This document shows positions 39,444-53,444 of a stretch of 64,000 nt of DNA, piece by piece (the stretch's first letter is position 1; the number at the start of each line of letters is the position of its first letter). A program made the position numbers and the translations under genes. Source of the stretch: Lytechinus pictus. Lineage: Eukaryota. The stretch covers positions 19,966,001 through 20,030,000 of the forward strand of contig NC_087250.1 in assembly GCF_037042905.1 (NCBI RefSeq), written 5' to 3'. The notes under the pieces are model-generated. The model did no database searches. It was not told the DNA's origin and was given only the letters and a program-made list of their open reading frames with translations.

Positions 39444-42400
39444 CATTAAGATTTGAAATAAGAATTGTTTAAAAAAAAAAATCAGATTTATTTGATTCAA
39501 ATCAGATTTATTTCTTAAATCAGATTTTAAAAAAAAATTTAAAAACAAGTGCAAATACTAGAATCCTTTACACTGATATGAATTTTAAGAAAATGTTTAA
39601 TGTCATGAAGATGCTGACACTTTCTGCTGTGTCAGTGTCTTCTGGTGTAGGGAGCTCCTACGGACTGTTTCAATCCCAGCTGATGAACAACATTGTTACA
39701 ACTAATGCTGAACTGTTGGTGTTCCTATTCGATCTGTTTCTTTGGAAGAATTCCGTGACTCTGAGACTCACATTCTCCCGAAGAGAAACTTTTTTTTTTA
39801 AAGCCAAGGACTGAAGTTAAAGAAAACTGCATTTATTTTGTTTGTTACTTTAAACCTCCTTTGTTCTTTGAGCCATACATGTAGTTGGAACTCTTTGACT
39901 GTTTCAAAGCATTGACTGATTGGGAAATAAAGTTGCAAGTTGATTTGAATGATTTCTTTCACAATAAACTTTAAACCTGAATATTAGTATTTGGCAGTTG
40001 TAAGCAGTTTTGCTAAAAATAAGAAAACAGGTTCTACAGCTACAACAAATATTTGTATTTAAATACATATAAAAGAATGTAATGTCAAACTAAAGGTTAC
40101 CAGGGACAATGCAGATTTCATGTATTATTGCAGTCAATTTAACACATTCTGAGAAATGTACAAAAATAAATGCTCAGTTTTGGCAAAGGGCATTAAATTT
40201 ATGGTTGTTGCCATGATAGTGTCCTTTGCCAAGACAGAGCATGCATACATATTTTAATACATGTTTTATTACTGAACCTTTCTCTGTGTACCTGCTGGAT
40301 TGAAGCACAATCGTATACAGAAAGTCTGAACAGGCCTTGGTTCAACCCCATCCTGGCAAAAGTCTCTGATGGAATTCAGCCATAAGTTCAGGGTTTCTTT
40401 TTTAAATTCCTCTTTTTCATTTTTTATACATTTTTTCTTCTTAAGTGCCATTGCTAATGGATGTAGATGTGAAAGAAAAAAAAATTGTTGGTGTTCGAGA
40501 GCAATATGTAGTAGTTCATGTGAATGATCAGAATAGAAGAACTGCCTATTTTCCTTTATTTACTCTTATATTTTCTGAAAAAAACTGTCCTCTAAAACAC
40601 TTTTGGATTTTGGCATAAAGAAAAGAGAACTTTGTTTTACCATCAACAAAGAAAAAATTGGAAATTTTGTAAGTCCACTTTAGTGGAGTAGGGTCTAAGT
40701 GTTAACTGCTTTAGGCTATATACATGTACATACATGTATGTTCATCTTTGGTGCAAGAATAACCTGATTTTATTGACTTGATTTCAAATGCTCTGAGTAG
40801 ATATGAAGGGTTTATTGATGTTTGATGATATAAAGTTGATAAAATCTTTTTCTTTTGAGTTGAAAAAAAAAGTAAAACTGCCAGAACCAAAAAAAAATGG
40901 TCAATCATCTGTACATGTTTCAATGGAAGTGATTTAAATCTTGGACAACCTGTTCTATGGAAAACAGAAAACACAGCCAGAGTTCCGTCAGATTACAAAG
41001 AGATTATGAATTATGACCGTTCTGAAATTCTGATAATCCTCAAATCTCAACTATAAAAATTTGTAATTTTCCCTTTTTTGTACAGGAAATTTGTACCATA
41101 TTCTTTGTAATTTAAGCACACTGAATTGTCAAGAAAACAATGAATTTATATGAATATAGATCTAGAAAACATTTTGAACAGACAGACCTGCATTTTGTAA
41201 GATGCTGGCTTTTCATAGTTGTGGTTGATCAGATCATCACAACACTTTTATAACAGGGCCCTACATAATTGGGTACATAATGCCATCTTGAATAGCAAGT
41301 TTCATAAGTAGTAACATAAGAAAAAGGATAGTGGGGATGTGACGTCATCAGCCGATGTGCATTTAACTGTTTTCACCAAAATATTGATAAACTTTCAATA
41401 TAAACTTCGTTATTTGTTATCCGATTTTGATGAAATTTTCAGCATTTTGCTCTGTGAATTTAATTTAGATATAAATTATTTCAGCCTGGACCATCGCTTT
41501 AAACTTTGATCAACAAGTGGGTCTCACAAAAGACTAGCACATACATGTACAGTGTACCGTACATGAAATCATATAAAGTGTTTAATTTTTTCACACATAT
41601 GTGTATTCTCCAGTATGATGAAATAAGTTGCGGCAATAGATAAATAATGCACTTTATCAGTTGTCAATTGATCCAATCGTTTTTAATAGTTCTTGGTAAT
41701 TTTTTTTTCAATTAACCTAATTTCATATGATAAAATACAAAAGAACAAGTGGGGATATGACATCAGCCCACCTAATGATAAAGACATGCCGAGAACTGGT
41801 TCACCGGAATAATGCAAATTATCTTTAAACTTCAATAACTTAGTGACTGTTATCTGATTTTTTTTCAAATTTTCAGCATTTTGCTCTGTGAATTTTATTC
41901 AATTTATTGAGTTATAAATATTTCCAGCCTGGACCATCCCTTTAAATCAGGGCCTGTGCCTGCAGCATACTGAAAGGCCAAGTTTTTGAAGTTTATGACA
42001 GGGTCTGTGCCTGCAGACTACTTGAAGGCTACTTTTAAACTGTACAATTGTGTAGGGGCATATTTTAATCTACATTTACATTGTACATACATCCACAGTG
42101 TACACCCCAGTGATTCATCCTATTACACTACAGGTAAACCTCTGGTCATTTGACCAAGGTCATTTGATTGTCATCAAGGTATACGTTGATGAGTAATTAG
42201 CCAACATGTACACATAATTGATATAGGTAGGCCTTGTGGTGATCTGTAGACAGGCCTGCATTACCTGGGGAGCGTTTCCTGAAAAGACTTGCATCAGTCA
42301 AGTCCTGTTTTATCCGACGGTTACCATAGTTATAGTGCTTCTAAGCCAATCAAAATCCAGGAAAGTTGTCAGATCTGACAACTTGTCGGACGAAAATGTT

Positions 42401-42610
42401 GATGAAATGCTCCCCCCCCCCCCCCCGGACTCGTTGAGAATTTCAGGGAGTCTTTTTTATTTCTTAAATTTTTTTTTTTTAGGGTCTTTGAAGCTACATG
42501 TATCCAGGGGCAAAAAAATGTCCATAGTCCTATAATTTTCTCCCTGAAATGTTGGCTTACTGTACATGCAGTATATGTATTTGTACCAGAGACCAAAACT
42601 CGATGTTTAA

Positions 42611-43170
42611 ATGTCAAGTCCACCCCAACCAAAAAAGTTGGTTTTAATAAAAAGAGAAAAATCCAACAAGCATATTAACAGTACACAGAAAATTTCATTA
42701 AACTCGGATGTAAAATAAAAAAGTTATGACATTTTGAAGTTTTGCGTATTTTCACAAAACAGTTTTATGCACATCCCTGTCGGTATGCAAATGAGACTGA
42801 TGAAATATTATCATTTTCTCATTGTCAAGTGAGACAACAATTAATTCCTCCCTGAATATGTAAAATTAGCATTTTTTAATACTATATGGATAGTCAAGTT
42901 GGTCTTTATTGTCAAATCTGTAAAAAATGAAATATTGTATAATTCAAATAATAAACAACAAAAGAAAGAGTGAGTGAGGGACATCATCGTCTGTCTGATT
43001 TGCACATCACTGAGTTGTGCATATCACTGTTTTTGTGAAAGATAAGCGAAACTTTAAAATGTCATAACTTTCTTATTTTACATCTGATTTTGATGAAATT
43101 TTCAGTGTTATTCTAGTTCGATTTTCCTCTTTTTATTCAAATCAACATTTTTCTGAGATGGACTTGACCT
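42611..43170 (+). mobile_element. Kolobok-like TTAA element
   Basis: TTAA|atgtcaagtccacc ... tggacttgacct|TTAA. Confidence 0.75.
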
Positions 43171-44518
43171 TTAAAAAGAGCTTTCTAGAAAATCAAAGAA
43201 GAGTCTGAAACACAAGACTAGTGTAGTAGTGATGTCAAACTTCAGACCCCTCTGCACTGCCATACATGTACTAGGGCTTTTTACAAATATGCACAATGTA
43301 CAGATCTGATTATGGAACAGTCATTATACATGTACTAGAATCTTGATGAGTACGATGATGAATTATTGATTAAATGTAAATATCCCCCATCCAGTCTGTA
43401 TTTACTGTACAATGTATGTGTCTGCATTGCTTGCATGGGCTTAAAAATTCCCACTCATGCTTAGGTAACATTGATGTGGAGTTTTATGTAGAATATGTCA
43501 TGTTGGATCATAAGAAAGATACGAGCTGTGGTAACGATCTCAAAATGAGTTCAAACAGAATGCAATAAAATTACCACCCAAGTGTTTGTATACATTTATG
43601 TGCCAAATGGCTCTGGAAGAAAATTTGTAATTGATGAGAAATGAGTAACATTAAGCATAGAATTCCATCAAATATCAGGTTTTTTCCAATCAATATTGAT
43701 ACACTGTCCCACATGTACTTTTCTTTGTTAGTTATCAGAATTATGGGTTTTGAGCTAATGATTTCACCACGATAGGCTTTCATTAATGTACCAGATAGAT
43801 CTAGATAATATGGTGACAATTAACCTTGATTTAAAAGACTTTCTCATGAAATGATTTTTTTCTTGCTGCAACTACTTAATACCTTTTATATGTAATCAAA
43901 GACATTCCTTCCACAGAAAAATAATACACATGAAAGTACTTCAAGGGCAAGCTCTGAAACATTCAAAAGAGCACAGAATTTCCCCATTATTTTTTTAGGC
44001 TTTTTAAATTCAATATTGCAGATTGTACGCAGTACTTAGTTTTTTGAAAAGTAGTTCTCGAAAAAAAATTTCTGACTGTCCTGTAATATCATACTAAAAA
44101 AGAGTTATAGGCCCTAACAAAGATTTATATAACCTGCCAAGGGAACTGTATCTTTCCTTTTAAAAAATGACCCAAATTGAACAGTCATACATGTATGTCA
44201 ATACTAGGGGTCATTTTTTGAAGTGATCTAATTTCATAAAGAGGCCCTCTGACAGATATTCAATGCAAAATGTCAAAATATTGTAAGTAAGGTTTGATAC
44301 ATGTCATATCTTTACCAATGATAAATTTGTGTTCATTAAAATGAGTACCGAGGTTTTAATACTCAGCAAATACAAATAGAATTTGAACATTTGCTGGTAT
44401 GAGTATTAAATTTGTGTAAATTGACAAAGAAAAAAAATGAATTTTAACACTTAAATTTTGTCTACCAGAGCCTCTCAATAAAAACGGTTTAGGTTTCTGA
44501 TTTCTCTGTCCACAGGCC

Positions 44519-44881
44519 GGGAAATTGCCAATTCAACTATTGCCAACTTGTCCACTCACCACATGGTCTACTTTCATTTTAGTCTAATGCCATTCCATCC
44601 ATGTCCATCAACGTTTCGTCTATGACCATTTCGTCTCATAACCAGTTGGTCTAATATCCATTTCATTTTCATTCATTTTGCACAATTTAACACTTAGTCC
44701 AATTAGACCAAATTGTATATAGACTAAATGGCTATTGGACCAACTGGATATTAGACGGAATGGCATTAGACTAAATGAAAGCAGACCATGTGGTGAGTGG
44801 ACAAACTGATGGTAGACCAAATGATAGTAGACGAGTTGGCAATTGGATGAAATTGCATTATAGACGAATTGGAAATAAACC
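44519..44881. mobile_element. Palindromic MITE with 8-bp TSD
   Basis: Internal inverted blocks (gtccactcaccacatggtct / agaccatgtggtgagtggac); cacaggcc on both flanks. Confidence 0.7.
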
Positions 44882-45339
44882 CACAGGCCTGCCTGCCTGT
44901 CTGTCTCATTTTTTATCTGTACCCATTATTCCTCTCCAAAATACATTTATTTATCAGTCAACTGTCCCTTCTTTCTTTCAATTGATATATTCTCAATCTC
45001 TCTAAAAGCATTCTATTCTGCATTGATATCTGTTTTCTTGCTTTTTCCTTGAATGATATTTAAGAGGTGCCGATTATCTACATGTAGTTGCTTATTCAAT
45101 GACGCACTATATACATGTACATGTATTACCCTCGCTTTAAAGATAAATGCCAGTTGTGGTAACGATCTCAAAATGACTTTTTACAGAATCAAATATAATG
45201 ACTACCCAAGTGTCTGTTGATATGAATAAAAAATATGTGCCAAAGGATTCTGGAAGAAATTGTGTAATTGCTGAGAAATAAGCAAAATAAGCGCGGATTC
45301 TGGCACTTCCGTCGGGTCTTTATTCCAGCAATATAGTAT

Positions 45340-47637
45340 TAGGAGTGGGCTATACATGGGTCAAAAATACTTTTTTTGTAATTTCAATATGACAACAGTT
45401 TTTTTTTATTCCTTGTAATGTATCTCAACATGAAATGACAATATTTTTTGTCTCAGGTCCGAGAAAAAAGTGTGCCGGGCCAAAATCCAAAATGGCCGCC
45501 AAAACCCCCCAAAATCACAGTTTTGGCCACAATTTTTTTATTTGGTGGTCAATTTCTCTGGTTTTGGTGTCTATTCATATGTTTTTGGGGGCAGGCAATT
45601 TGTTTTTCCTATAATTAGTACTTTTAAACCATTATTTGTAGAGTTAAAAGGTAATTATACCTAAATTTTCCCATTTTTGTAGCCTTTTTTCAGCCAAAAA
45701 GTAGATTTTATCATCCTGGGGTTCTGGGATATTAGATGGTACGAGGTCAACAATAGCAAGCAGCTTCATATAGCTATATTGCTTTTATTCCTCCACTTTG
45801 GGTTTTACGGATATTTGTGAAATATATCTTATTAAATCAAAAAATGTCAATTATCCATTGGGGCTATACAGTATACATATGTACAATGTACTGTACATAC
45901 ATACTGCACTGCATAAATGCATTGGCCACCATGACAGATAACAAGGCTTGTATAAACTATAGTGTCATAGAAATGAGCTCTCAGGTTTAGAATTAGATGC
46001 CTCAGAAATTGAAGATATGTTTTGTCTCAGAAATTGAGGACATGTTTTGTCAAATATGCTAATTCAGGGGGCGGAGAGAGGTAATTTACACTGTAGCTAT
46101 TCTGGGCCCCGTTGCATAAAAATTTACAATTATGTTAAAGGAGAACGAAACCCTTGAAACTAGCTGAATCCATATCAAAGAGAAAAATCAAAGAAACATA
46201 TTGTTGAAAGTTTGAGGAAGATTGAATGAATAATAAGAAAGTTATGAGCATTTGAATATTGAGATCACTAGTGCCATGTAGATCCTCCCATCGGCAATGC
46301 GACCAAGATCTGTGATATCACACACGTACAACTCCCTCATTACTTTAGTACTTATTTCACGTATATTCTCACTTTTATAGAGTCTATCACAAGGTGAGGT
46401 GTTCTCTTTATGAGAGGACAAGTACAGAGGTTTCACAACATTACATCATTGATGAATCGTTTGTCATATGATTAGAATGAGCAAAAAGAGATGTTTTGGG
46501 GTATATTTTCAGTGTCCGAATGGGAGAGTTGTACGTGTGTGACATCACAGATCTTGGTCGCATTGCCAATAGGAGGATCTCCATAGCATTAGTGATCTCG
46601 ACATTCAAATGCTCATAACTCTTTTATTGCTAGTCCTATTTTACTCAAAGTTTTGTTGATCTTATTCTTTGATTTTTCTGCTTTCACAAAAGCTAACTTG
46701 CTCCAAGAGTTTCATTCTCCTTTAACTTAACTTAATGGTAACTTGCATGCAATCCTTTATTCTGATTGGCTGTTGATCAGCGTTACCATGATACTAGTAG
46801 TTACCTGACCCCATAAACATAGGCCCAGGCAGTTAGACACCAGAACCAGGTTTTAAAAAAAGCCTCCAAATGAAGAAGATATGGCTAAAAATGTGATGTA
46901 CGTATATATACATGTATGTGATATTTACATGTAAGTTTAATTTACGTTACTGGTTTCACCATGTACATCAGCTGACAAGGAATCAAATTCACAATCTAAT
47001 TCTAAACCTTTGAAGCTCATTTCTATGACACTATAGTTTATATCTACAGGCCTTGTCATATGCCATGGTGGTCAATGCATGGATATATGCAGTGTAGTAT
47101 GTACAGTGCATTGTACACCGTATAGCCCCTATGGATAAATGACATTTTCTTTTATTTTATATATTTCACAAATATCCGTAAAACCCAAAGTGGAGGAATA
47201 AAAGCAATATAGCTACATCAAGCTGCTTGCTATATTGTTGACCTCGTACCATCTAATATCCCAGAACCCCAGGATGATAAAACCCACTTTTTGGCTGAAA
47301 AAAGGTTACAAAAATGGGAAAATATAGGTATAATTACCTTTTAACTCTACAAATAATGGTTTAAAAGTACTAATTATAGGAAAAACAAATTGCCTGCCCC
47401 AAAAAACATATGAATAGACACCAAAACCAGAGAAAATGACCACCAAATAAAAAAATTGTGGCCAAAACTGTGATTTTGGGGGGTTTTGGCGGCCATTTTG
47501 GATTTTGGCCCGGCACACTTTTTTCTCGGACCCGAGACAAAAAATATTGTCATTCCATGTTGAGATAAGGTAAAAGGAACACAAAAAAACTGTTCCCACA
47601 GTAAAACCAAAAATCACCCATTTATAGCCCACTCCTA
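45340..47637. mobile_element. Long-TIR (about 650-bp arms) fold-back element with TAGG...CCTA ends
   Basis: 45340-46000 is the reverse complement of about 46990-47637; atagtat is duplicated on the flanks. Confidence 0.8.
46139..46721 (+). mobile_element. Kolobok-like TTAA element inside a small GGGCCC-ended MITE (about 46104-46826)
   Basis: Copy of 21419-22002 with TTAA on both sides. Confidence 0.85.
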
Positions 47638-47852
47638 ATAGTATACACTGTCCCACGTGTGCCTCTATCTGTGTTGGTGATCTTCAGTGTGATTATTTTT
47701 CAGCTTAGATTTTATGATTTAACAAAGTTCAGTTTATGTAACTGTACCAGATCTAGATCGACGATGATATAGTAATTACTTAACCTTGGTTTTACAGACT
47801 TTCTTTCGAAATCAGTGTTTTACTGCAGCTACTGTAATTTAGCTTTAAGCTC

Positions 47853-48020
47853 CAGCTGCTAAAGACGCTTGGAGCATTCAAGGAATTATTCCTGCCGGGT
47901 ATCCATTCACCTCACCTGGGTTGAGTGCAGCACAATGTAGATCAATTTCTTGCTGGGATAAGAACTGACAACCCTCGGTTTCAAAGTCTGGAGCCCAATC
48001 CACTGGGCCACAATGCTCCA
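47853..48020 (-). mobile_element. Degenerate tRNA(Gln)-like SINE
   Basis: Reverse-complement similarity to 59058-59220. Confidence 0.6.
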
Positions 48021-49069
48021 CAAGACATCATTTGTATACAGTCCTGCTCAAAAGCTCACCCCACCACAAAATGCACTCTTCATGTCGAGTATTGAGTGTA
48101 GACAATAACATTACAATGTTTGGCGAGCCCAGAGAAACAAACTGTATTGAATGTAATATATCATCACCATACTCGTACTTCACAATTGAATATATATCTA
48201 AAACATGCCCAGAATTTGAAACTATTCTATCATGGCCTGGGAAGCGGGGGTTCTAGAAGGGTGCTGAAGCACCCCCAAGATTTTCCAAGGGGGTGCCGCC
48301 GCTGCATGTATTATTTTCCATTGGCAGCACCCCCTGGAATTCTGGTGGTAGGTGTGTAAAATTTGAGAAATGTATGTATCTAAACTCTAAAGACCAACAT
48401 TTTTTGTTGGAACCCCCCTTTTTTTTTTTTTGGGGGGGGGGGGCTTGTCAAATCTCTTGAAACCAAATCGACCTTCAATTTGGAGTGAAAACCTTTTTTT
48501 ATTTTTTTTGCCCCACTAGGGGGTTTAATTCTAACATAGAATCTGAATTTGCAGTAACTTCAGACAAAATTCCTATTGGATATGAAAACTTTAAGTGAAA
48601 AACGTAACGGACATGACACTGATAATGTTAAAGAAATCACACAAATCGATTTCTCTAAAATTGATGAATGGCATAAGATTTAATGATGATTTTCTCTTGA
48701 TGTAACCATTAATCATGAGTTAAGCTTGAGTATTTGTTTAAATCTACACGAAAAATTTGGTCCGCGAAGTTAGGTCACACCCTTTCAAAACAGTTTTCCA
48801 GCACAGCGCGCATTCGTCGATCGGAGTAGAATTTAGAGATCACGATACCGGCGAAACCCCTTGGCATGCTTGGCCTTGACCTACATGTAGAGTAGACTTC
48901 ACATTTTCATCAATGATTTTATAGTTTACAATCTTCATCTATCCGTAAATTTCTTCCCAGGGCCTTGTATTTTATGTTGATATTCTGGTGGGGTTCACTA
49001 CTTTTGACCACCACTGTATCTCTCTTTAATTTATCTCTCTATGTTTATATTTTTATAATCCATATTCAG

Positions 49070-49151
49070 CACGGCGGGAGAGTCATTATACCAGTTATTA
49101 AATATACCCAAAGACGCAAAGGAAGATGACATCAAGAAGGCCTACAGGAAG
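49070..49151 (+). CDS. DNAJC5: DNAJC5 coding exon 2 (J-domain helices I-II)
   Basis: atattcAG acceptor; TAGESLYQLLNIPKDAKEDDIKKAYRK; donor gtatgt. Confidence 0.93.
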
Positions 49152-49602
49152 GTATGTTTACTGAATAAATGCATGGTATTTTGTATTCAGACATGAATAT
49201 GTCCGAGATTTATATTTCAGTTTTTAGGTGGAATAAAAAGTACTCTACAAATAAGTTTGAATTTATAAACAAAATTGTTTTGAATTAAGTTCATTTCCTA
49301 GGAAATTAAAGTTTATAATTCAAAACAATTTTTTTAATCATTCTCTATGTCTTTATCCATCCTACTGTACATGCACAGTAATTACTAGTATTTCTCTATG
49401 GGGTTGAATTTCCTTTTCTTTCTTTTCTATTACAAGATGAAGGGGATACAAATGACTACCATCCTATACATACAGATGTGCAGTGTTGCACAAATAATGC
49501 ACAAAATATCAGCAAGCTATTTTTCTGTTGTTTTGTTAGATTATAATACTGTTTGTTTCTATTTCATTCATTTCATTCATACATTATTTCTTTATTATTT
49601 AG

Positions 49603-49659
49603 ATGGCATTGAAGTACCATCCTGATAAGAACAGAGACGACCCACTTGCAGGAGAAAGG
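49603..49659 (+). CDS. DNAJC5: DNAJC5 coding exon 3 (HPD motif)
   Basis: ttattatttAG acceptor; MALKYHPDKNRDDPLAGER; donor gtagga. Confidence 0.93.
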
Positions 49660-49709
49660 GTAGGAATATCTGCACATTACCATATGTACATGTATACCTC
49701 TGTGTCATT

Positions 49710-49842
49710 GGCCCGAATTCACAAAGGTGGTTTCGTTTGAAACCATGGTTTCATTTGAAACCACCTTTGTGAATCGCAAAATCAGCAAAACCCACGGTTG
49801 AAACCATGGTTTCTGCAAAAACCACCTTTGTGAATTCGGGCC
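49710..49842. mobile_element. Short Harbinger-like MITE
   Basis: TIR ggcccgaattcacaaaggtggttt / aaaccacctttgtgaattcgggcc. Confidence 0.75.
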
Positions 49843-50180
49843 AATGTGTCTGTATGTGTGACCAATGTTTTGTAATGTACTCCTTTGTGATAAGTTTTTT
49901 TTTGTTTTGGAGGGGAGGGGGTTATTTTATATAATCTTAGCAGAACTTTCTTTTCTAATATTGGGGGAGGGGGGTAGGGACATATAATGCACTGTTCCAG
50001 TGATTTTCATAATTACAGGATGTGTCTTAACACATGACCTACAAATTAACAACATCACAGCCATAGGGCTGTAGCTCTTTAATTTATTCAAAACTTTATT
50101 TATTTTTGTAGCTCAAAATGCTTGTTTTAGGGATCATTTTCTAACTAAAGGTATTAAAGAAGACATTTTCTCCCACCACA

Positions 50181-51115
50181 TTTTTGTCTCACCTGCATAG
50201 CAGAGTGAGACTATAGGCGGCGGCGGCGTCAACACCAAATCTTAACCTGAGGTTAAGTTTTTGATATGACAGCATAACTTAGAAAGTATATGGACCTAGT
50301 TCATGAAACTTGGCCATAAGGTTAATCAAGTATTACTGAACATCCTGCCTGAGTTTCATGTCACATGACCAAGGTCAAAGGTCATTTAGGGTCAATGAAC
50401 TTAGACCATGTTGGGGGAATCAACATCAAAATCTTAACCTAAGGTTAAGTTTTTGAAATGTCATCATAACTTAGAAAATATATGGACCTAGTTCATGAAA
50501 CTTATACATAAGGTTAATCAAGTATCACTGAACATCCTGCATGAGTTTCACGTCACATGACCAAGGTCAATGGTCATTTAGGGTCAATGAACTTTGGCCG
50601 AATTGGGGGTATCTGTTGAATTACCATCATAACTTTGAAAGTTTATGGATCTGATTCATGAAACTTGGACATAATAGTAATCAAGTATTACTGAACATCC
50701 TGTGCAAGTTTCAGGTCACATGATCAAGGTCAAAGGTCATTTAGGGTCAATGAACTTTGGCCAAATTGGGGTATTTGTTGAATTACAGCCATAAATTTGA
50801 AAGTGTGTTGGTCTAGTTCATAAAACTTGGACATAATAGTAATCAAGTATCACTGAACATCCTGTGCGAGTTTCAGGTCACATGATCAAGGTCAAAGGTC
50901 ATGTAAGGTCAAAGAACTTTGGCCACATTTGGGGTATTTGTTGAATTGCCATCATATCTCTATAAGTGTATTGGTCTAGTTCATAAAACGTGGAAATAAG
51001 AGTAACCAAGTATCACTGAACATCTTGTGCGAGTTATAGTAGTTTTCAAAATCAGCACTGCTGCTATATTGAATCGCGTGATGCAGGTGAGACGGCCAGA
51101 GGCATTCCACTTGTT
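50181..51115 (+). mobile_element. Helentron-associated DINE-1/pearl-type element with five internal core repeats
   Basis: TTTTT+gtctcacctgc plus adjacent IR gcagagtgagac; (GGC)n; core repeats spaced 192, 163, 162 and 163 bp; 3' gcaggtgagac ... cttgtt. Confidence 0.8.
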
Positions 51116-53444
51116 GTCAGTAGAAGAGCCCATCATTTTGAATACATCATTTCAATCTTAAAGAATACTATACAGTGGACTCTAACCTACATTTTTGTAA
51201 ACATCACTCGTGAATATATAGTGATGTGTGTTGTGTTGAAAAATACATGAAGTCATTTTATGCATGTATGTATGCTGTTTTGATCATACAATATTTAGGC
51301 CTTAAAACTCTAAAAACTGTTGGTTCAGAAATACATGTTTGGGTTACATACACCATATGAAATCACTGTTAGCTAATTGGATCAGTTCAAACTTCAAAGT
51401 TTGATGACTGTTATAGACAAAAGCAAAAAAATAATTGCTGATGTTAGGCATTTCTACAAGATTTGAAATTAAACATTGATGAAGAAACCAAACCATGAAC
51501 TTTACATTACTGAAAAAAAAATACCTGGCCCAGTTTCGGGCTTCATTTCTTCGAACTCAGTAAAAAAACAAAAAAATCTTGTGACCTTTCAGGACTATTC
51601 AGATTGAAATCATACAGTTTGCGATTGAGTGTTAGTTCTACATGTACATTGCAGAAGTATTTGCAGTGGCAAGTTGAAAGTCCACACCATTGCATACATG
51701 ACCCAGATATCATCACTTGTGTGCAAGTTCAGTTATCAATTTCCCCGGAAAGTGATAAATTTGTCTTAGTAACAGAGTATCAGTAATCATTGGACCCTCT
51801 CATAATGACTGCAAATTGACCGTTCAACTTGGACTCATTGAAAAATGAGATTTGATCATTTTGATTGCATGTTGTTATCAGTGAGGTTATCTGTTTAATA
51901 CGTTGTATATTTTTCACAGCCATAGTCAATGATATACATATAGTCCACATTATCGATCTACATGTATTTAAGATCTGGCACTGGAGGTCTATTAATTTGT
52001 TTACCTATTCAATATGAACTTCTCTGAAATGGATAAATTGTGCTTCAATGAGCACCTTTAGAAATGTACGTCCACATAGTGGACTGGTACGAGATGACGT
52101 CATTTTTTGGCGTTCCATATGCCTCAGGTCCTCACACACCTCCACTATCAGAATCGAGAACCTCACCACATCCATTTTGCGGTTCTCCTAAATCATAGTG
52201 GACGTGTACGTGAGTGACGTCATTTTGACTGTTCAAACCCAGCATGAAGATCAACCTTTCCCTTTTAAAACACAGTTTACAGTGACTTTTCACAAAATTA
52301 ATGTAAGTTGTACGATGCATTATGTTTATCATATTTGGAATTGCTTTCTGACCTCCAAAATTTATATCGATATATATCCTAACTCGAGTAAAAAGGAATC
52401 AAAGCAAGTGAAAGGCACGTGTGCACAAGTTGCACTTTCGCATCACCCGACCGGGTCGCCAGGCGATGGTACGCCAGATCTTCCGGGATGGGCAGCGTGT
52501 CATGACCCGCTGGTTATCGCGCTGTTTCACATGGACGTACGTACACGTACAAGTTGAGTGAAATCTAAAGTATTCGCAATTGTAGTGAACAAGGGCAGAC
52601 GACGACGTTGACTCAAACGATCAGAGGACTGCTACGTCGTTCACGTTCACTGCTCCTAAAAGCTTTGGGCCCTCACACATGACATGAAAAAAAAAGTTGT
52701 CCAATTTGAGGGGAGTTTTTCATGGGCGACACAACACGGCATAGGGTTAGAGTTAGGATAATAATAATGGTATATTTACCCAGGGTAGCCACTTCAGTTA
52801 CAAAAACTGTTCTCCCAGCGGGCCCTGTTATTATTATTATTATTGATTATTATTAAATGAGTTTTTGGTTCAGAGTAATGTTAAAATAATGATAAGGGTT
52901 AATTTAGTTATGAAGGTTGGGTTTTATGTTTGGCTTAAAGGACAAGTCCCCCCCCCCCCAATGAAAAGTTCTAATGAATAAAAGAGAAAAATCCAATGAG
53001 AATAATGACTGAAATTTAATCTAATTTGGATGTAAAATAAGAAAGTTATGACACTTTAAAGTGTCGCCCAATTTTTACAAAACAGTTTCATGTATATGCA
53101 CATCCTGGTCAGTATGCAAATGAGACTGATGACATCACTCACTATTTCTCTTGTATTTTTTAAATGAAATATGAAAGATTAAAATTTTCTCCACATTGTC
53201 ATGTAAAACAAAGATTAATTTCTCCCCGAACATGTGGAATTAGCATTACTTTAATACATGCGTATGGTTCAGTCAAGTCGGCCCTTATTGTCAAATCTTT
53301 AAAAAATGAAGTATTGTCAAACAATAAAATACAAAAGAAAAAGTGGTTGATGGAAATCATCGACTGTCTCATTCGACACATGCCCTTTAACGTGCATATT
53401 TTTTCCATAGGAGCAATAGCCGCTGGAGCAAATGTCATGGAACC

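Larger units (their letters stand above)
45141..47844 (+). mobile_element. TTAA-flanked Kolobok-like element, outer layer of a four-level nest
   Basis: TTAA at 45137 and 47845; the two halves align with the uninterrupted relative at about 43515-43890. Confidence 0.7.

Noticed and set aside
39578..40451. Short ORFs possibly from a decayed transposase or nested gene
   Set aside because: No motif I can recognise and no coherent splice pattern; a translated homology search would be needed.
43457..43464. ATG CTT AG|gtaaca as an alternative phase-2 start exon for DNAJC5
   Set aside because: Only two codons, no supporting acceptor or promoter context; 35234-35271 fits homology and the donor consensus better.
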